64,000 bases of DNA from Octopus bimaculoides (Eukaryota), in NCBI RefSeq assembly GCF_001194135.2, contig NC_068986.1:72445414-72509413 (forward strand), given 5' to 3'. Below, one piece after another: positions 58,870-64,000 of this stretch (its first letter is position 1; every line of letters begins with the position of its first letter). The notes beneath the pieces were generated by a model. The model saw nothing but the letters and a program-made list of their open reading frames with translations. It was not told the DNA's origin and did no database searches. A program made the translations under genes and the position numbers.

Positions 58870-59688
58870 CAATACTGCCTATGTGGATTTTTGCAACTTC
58901 TGAAGAAATAAAGATCTGCAGTCTCATCAAACGTAACAGTAACAAATAATTTTTTTTTTTCAATCATTGTCTTAATTTTACCTTCAATTGTAGCAGCAAT
59001 ACAATTAATGATCTCATTTTAAATATCACTTGAAAGTCCTGAAAATGTGCAGTTGGAATTTTTCCTTATGAAATCTAAGTGCGATCTAAAACAATCATTG
59101 TATTCTGCTACTACTTTACATATAGTCAGAAAATTACTCTTAGTATATGATTCTTCTGTTTGATCATACACTTCAAATGGTAATTCTTGATAAGCCAAAA
59201 TTTCAATACAATGAATTAACCTTTTCAATATATCATGATTTTTCTCTACCGATGTATTATGGAATTGAATCAAAGCTGTTATCCAGTGATCTATCGCTGA
59301 ATCAATTCATTGTCAGCCAATGGTTTTCAGAGCAATTATGGAATTCAAATGGTTCTGAGATTTTTGTGTTTTGACAAAGCTGTAATCAAATTGTGCAAAT
59401 CACAGTAGTCAGTAGTTGTGCATGTGTTCTAATGCTGACAAACTGACAGACATGAGAAACAGAACAATTTGTTCAGAATAGGACACCCTGTCATCCAATC
59501 ATATTGTTCATAATACTTGGAATCAAAATAACAATGGCATTCCTTGCTGCTCACTTCGGCGTTGATTTCAGTTCAAGTTTTGGCTTCTCTTTTTCAAGAA
59601 TGATAATATTCTTCTTCTCTTTAAAGCTTCTTATTGCAAAAGGTTGGAAAAGTTGAGAGGAAACTGAGCAAATTGATTCTTTTGTCAT
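58870..59688 (-). pseudogene. hAT-superfamily transposase (ZMYM1-like/DUF4371 type), N-terminal half
   Basis: Minus strand: MTKESICSVSSQLFQPFAIRSFKEK...YEQYDWMTGCPILNKLFCFSC...KNHDILKRLIHCIEILAYQELPF...SNFL...FSGLSSDI*NEIINCIAATIEGKIKTMIEKKKLFVTVTFDETAD (DETxD first catalytic motif); stops and frameshifts present. Confidence 0.85.
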
Positions 59689-60019
59689 CCTGGAGTTGAA
59701 TGAAAGTGTGAAAAAAGTTACTGTGTTATAATCTTTTTAAATGAATCGAGGCTTTACTCTAACAAAAAATGTATGTGCTAGTTCACTTTTTTTACAAAAC
59801 CTTTTTAAAAATAATTTTAAATATTTAAAATTAAATTCAAAAAGCATTGGTATGGATAAATGGATGAAAAATTTCTTTTTAATCACATAATATAATCTTT
59901 GCCAGTTGCTTCTTTCCACTTTAGTCAAGAAGAAAATTCTTGGTAGTGGTCACATGACTGAATTTGGGTCTTAAGAAGGGGTCAAGAATACTCTCTATGG
60001 GTTAAATCTTTTTAAAAAG

Positions 60020-60415
60020 CAGCTGTGGCTATGTGGTAAGATGCTTGCTTCCCAACCACGTAGTTCTAGGTTCAGTCCCACTGCACTGCATCTTGGGCAT
60101 ATATCTTCTACAATAGCCTCAGCTCAACTAAAGCCTTGTGAGTAGATTTGGTGGACAGAAACTGAAGGAAGCCCGATTTATATATATGTGTGTGTGTGTG
60201 TGTGTGTCTTCATGTCTGTGTTTGTCCTCCACCACTACTCAACAGCTGATCTTGGTGTGTTTACATAACTTAGCAGTTTGGCATGAGACTGTTAGCATAT
60301 GCAGCAAGTTTTAAAAAGAAAGTACATAGGTCAATTCATTCAACTTAAAATTCTTCAAGGTAGTGCCCCAGCATGGCTACAGTCTAATGACTGAAACAAG
60401 TAAAAGATAAAGGAT
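60020..60415 (+). mobile_element. SINE family A (complete)
   Basis: gctatgtggtaagatgcttgcttcccaaccac...ggttcagtcccactgc...(TG)n...ctaatgactgaaacaagtaaaagataaag. Confidence 0.92.
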
Positions 60416-61009
60416 AAAATATATACTCTTCAGTACTGAATAATCATTCAAAATAAACCAGAATCAGCAATAAAACAAACATGCAAATTGACTAAACACC
60501 CATCTCTAAACTAAATCTGTCTGACTATGAGGAAAGCTTTAAGTCCTTTGAATAGACAAGTTTTTGATCTTTTCAGCACAGGGCAGAAAAGAAAACATCA
60601 GCAATTCAGAAGAAAATATATTAAGAATGTGGCTGTTGGCTGTGGTTGGAAGGCAATTGTAAAATTTCTGTTTTTCTCTGTCTTTGACCTCCCAGTCTTT
60701 TGTTTTGTCTTTCCTTTTCACCCACTTTTCAAAGAGAATAATAGAATATGAAGAAAATAACACCATTGCTTTTCCTAACAGTGATTGAAATCCAGCAGAA
60801 AAAATTCTGCTTTCGTCTGTCTTTCTCTCATTGACTTCCTAGTTGATTGTGTTTTTCTTTCATACTCCTTGCTTGAAGGGAAGAGGAAAGCAGTTAATTC
60901 ATTGCTTTTTCTTCTTTTCTCAATAAGCGAACAAGATCTTTTTCTACTTACACTTCTTAAATAGTATCAATTGTTTACAATTTATACCTAGATGAGAAGC
61001 ATTATGGCT

Positions 61010-61760
61010 TCATGCTCAGGAAGGCAACTGCAGGAAAAATATTTGGCTAAGTGCAAGCCACTATTTTTGGCATTCACTGACTTGGAGAAGGCATTTGACA
61101 GGGTACCACATTCAGTAATTGTGTGGCCAAAGAGAAAACTAGATGTAGATGATTGGCTTGTGAGAGAATTGTGCAAATTATATACAAAGATACTGCATGT
61201 AAAATGAGAGTCAACAACAGTTTCAGTGACAAATTTAGTGGTAGTTGTCAAGGCCCAGTCCTCAGTCCTCTTCTGTTCATCACAGTCTCCCATCACAGAG
61301 GAGTTTAAGACTCCTATGTTATGATAATCTAGTTCTCATAACTGAATCTATAGTGAGATTAGAAATGAAGTTCCAGGCTGGGAAGCTAAATTGAGAGACC
61401 TCATGATAAACTTAATGAAGATGTAGGGAAGAAAGACAGCAGTTTGCTCAATATACAGAAAAGGAGTATGTATAAACTCCATATGATGTACCAAGTATAA
61501 GATAGAGGTACATAAGAGATGTAGTGGAATCACAGACAGACAACCAGAGAAAGTGAGCATTGTGTATGATAGATGAACTGGAGCAATGCATACTAAAAGC
61601 AAACTGGAAGTAGATTCTCTTTAAATACCCAGATTGCTCACAAAAAGTGATTGTTATCTTCTGTTACCAAGGAGACATAATTTGCAAGGGAGGTGATTGC
61701 CATGAAAGTATAGTAGCCAAAGTAAGAATGGATTAGAAAATGTTCAGAGTGCTACTACAA
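61010..61760 (+). pseudogene. Decayed RTE LINE reverse transcriptase fragment
   Basis: RQLQEKYLAKCKPLFLAFTDLEKAFDRVPH (DxEKAFD motif), QGPVLSPLLFI, decayed YADD region. Confidence 0.88.
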
Positions 61761-61859
61761 CTGCTGATTGTAACATGATGCTGATTGTAGCATGATGCAG
61801 TCCTCGGACAAGTAGGATCCTGTCAAACTGTCCAACCCATGCCCATATGGGACCTTAAA

Positions 61860-61875
61860 AGATGATGATGATGAA

Positions 61876-61907
<32 letters not shown>

Positions 61908-61918
61908 CGATGATGTAT
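61860..61918. repeat. (GAT)n trinucleotide tract; other long microsatellites, mainly (TA)n, at about 11305-11365, 12095-12138, 30085-30135, 41038-41067, 46266-46302 and 63895-64000
   Basis: Read directly; several N gaps begin at (TA)n runs. Confidence 0.95.
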
Positions 61919-61920
61919 TG

Positions 61921-62870
61921 TCATTATTGTCATCATCATTTAACATTATGTTGGCATAGGTCGGATAGTTTGACAGAATCCAATGAGCTAGAGAACTGCA
62001 TCAAGCTCCAATGTCTGTTTGGTAAGGTTTCAATGGCTAGATACCCTTCCTAATGCCAACCATTTTACAGAATGTACTCGGTGCATTTTTGTGGGGCATA
62101 TATTTCTGAAGTCAACATGTAACTCACAAGACAAAGAAAAACCCCACTTGACTGAGTGGGAAAGTAAGCAGATAAGAAGGTAACTTTATGCCAGGTGCTG
62201 AGAAGCTAAAGAATGATAGAGGGACAGGCACAGGTATCTTGCTAAAGAGTACATTACATGGCTACCTCGGATTATACAAGGGTAGATGGGAGTACTTGTA
62301 AAAAAGATAGAGATGGTGGTAATAAGCTGTCAGGGTACTCTCAAGGTGTAAGAAGGAGGTTATGAGGAAGAATAATGACAGAGGATCAGGAAGGGTCCAT
62401 TAGAGTGTAAGAGGAGAGTGACATGTAGTCAGAGATGGGTATAGAGCTGAAAGTAATGAATAATAAACAAGGATGGATGAGTAGTAAGTGGTAAATATCG
62501 GTATGGAAGGAGGTGAAAGGAAAAGAGGGTGCTCAGGAAGGAGCAGGTGATAAATGACAGTAAAGAGCAACAGTTTAACAAATCTGAAGGTACATCAGAA
62601 AATAGGTAGATGATGCACAGGATGGGAGAGTGAGGAGAAAGAGAGATATACAGTGCCAGAGATGGAAGTCAGAAGTATGTAGGGGTGGCTATAATGAGTG
62701 GGGAACGAAGTGGACAATGTTGATGGTGAACATGAAAGGGCATTAAAGTTGAGGTATGACAGTCTTAAGGTGTTGCTCAGATAAAAGGCAAAGACAACTA
62801 GTTATTTGATGGGAAATAAAGTGGGAGGGGATAACTGTGAGAATGAGGGATAATTTTTAAAACAAAATGC
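61921..62870 (-). mobile_element. Unclassified retroposon with RTE-type tail and long purine-rich (plus-strand) body
   Basis: (TCA)n tail and acccttcctaatgccaacc, continuing into gccaggtgctgagaagctaaagaatgatag...catggctacctc, which recurs at about 53277-53360. Confidence 0.55.
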
Positions 62871-62924
62871 TTCTTCAAGAAGGCGAAGTAACTAGTCGCA
62901 CAAATGGGGATGAAATATGTTCAA

Positions 62925-63613
62925 ATTCTATTATATGATTACAACAGTGGAAGGAACCCGTGGAAGAGGGAGACCCAGGAAGACATGGGATGAGGTGGTG
63001 AAGCATGACCTTCAAGCACTGGGCCTCACAGAGGCAATGACAAGAAACTGAGACCTCTGGAGATATACAGTGATTGAGAAGACCCGGCAAGTAAAGTGAG
63101 ATCACAGCTGTAGCCTATGCCAGTGTCCCATAACCAGTCTGTTTAAAAAGTACCTTTAAATCGTTGGGCGACACACCGTGCTTGAGGCCTATTGAGTTAA
63201 GTAAAATAAAATTCAAAATCACAATCAGAATCTCAATCAAATCTACTGTTGGCATGCAATAAGCACCATTCATGCGTGGGTCGATGCCAGTGCCGTTTGA
63301 CTGGCTCCCTCTGCCGGTGGCACATAAAAGGCATCATCCAAACGTGACTGATACCAGTGCCGCCTGACTGGCTCCCATGCCAGTGGCATGTAAAAAGCAC
63401 CCACTACACTCTCGCAGTGGTTGGTGCTCGGAAGGCATCCAGCTATAGAAACCTTGCCAGATCAGATTGGAGCCTGGTGCAGCCTCCTGGCTTGTCAGTC
63501 ACCAGTCAAACTGTCCAACCCATGCCAGCNNNNNNNNNNTGTCAGTCACCAGTCAAACTGTCCAACCCATGCCAGCATGGAAAACGGACGTTAAATGATG
63601 ATGATGATGATGA
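62925..63613 (+). mobile_element. 5'-truncated RTE LINE: ORF end, tandem-repeat 3' UTR and tail
   Basis: VEGTRGRGRPRKTWDEVVKHDLQALGLTEAMTRN*DLWRYTVIEKTRQVK* followed by the UTR units and ccagcatggaaaacggacgttaaatgatgatg. Confidence 0.9.
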
Positions 63614-63951
63614 ACAGCTGAATAGTGCCATAGATAAAAGAATACTGATGAGATGAGTGTTAGGATGATATGAGGTGGAAAAGGCTTGATGAGAACAGAT
63701 TGGGCCCAGTAAGTATAGAGACATGAACATGTATATTACATTTAGGATCTCACTTTCACACTGACCAATGGGTCTTCACAAACACAATGAATCACCAACC
63801 ACCTAGGACCTTTTCTTTGAGGCCCAACATCTTGAGATAAGCCTTCACTACCTTATTTCATGTCTTTCTGGATCTCCCATTTCCACAAATCCCATACACA
63901 CACACACACACACACATATTACACAGATATACATATATATCTATGTATGTA

Positions 63952-64000
<49 letters not shown>

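Noticed and set aside
59478-59492. ggacaccctgt resembling a Tc1/mariner TIR end
   Set aside because: It lies within the hAT coding frame (WMTGCP), has no partner TIR and no TA.
60430-60990. Opposing 74-75 aa ORFs in a non-repeat-looking segment
   Set aside because: No recognisable domain and no convincing splice-site pair; treated as chance ORFs.
61755-62053. Poly-Ser and poly-Met ORFs
   Set aside because: Translations of the (GAT)n tail where two retroposon tails meet.
63493-63576. 37-bp direct repeat flanking a 10-N gap
   Set aside because: Identical sequence on both sides of a minimal gap inside one RTE tail; this is an unmerged contig overlap (assembly artefact).

Overview
AT-rich animal genomic DNA with several N gaps. 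The repeat families, including tRNA-headed SINEs and RTE LINEs with (GAT)n tails, look like coleoid cephalopod (Octopus-type) DNA; this is an inference from recalled family sequences and was not searched. The only host gene I can support is the 3' part of a plus-strand Rab11 family-interacting protein 3/4 gene (nuclear fallout/nuf type). It has nine coding exons from 2159 to 39822, all with AG/GT boundaries and consistent phases, encoding a long coiled coil and the C-terminal Rab11-binding domain. Its 5' exons lie upstream of the window. The rest is intron or intergenic DNA dense in decayed mobile elements: several SINE families, RTE LINE fragments, an R4/Dong-like LINE remnant, a near-full-length mariner, two internally deleted Tc1/mariner elements, piggyBac-type MITEs, hAT and Merlin-like transposase fragments, foldback palindromes and microsatellites. 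Most ORFs in the supplied track are spurious or TE fragments. I found no demonstrably new biological system. The best leads are SINE stacks joined at ATTAAG and arranged as inverted blocks around exons, a Merlin-like fragment bracketed by 62-bp direct repeats and ending at a splice donor, a candidate in-frame 93-nt cassette exon, a recursive-splice-like exon start, and several intronic hairpins.
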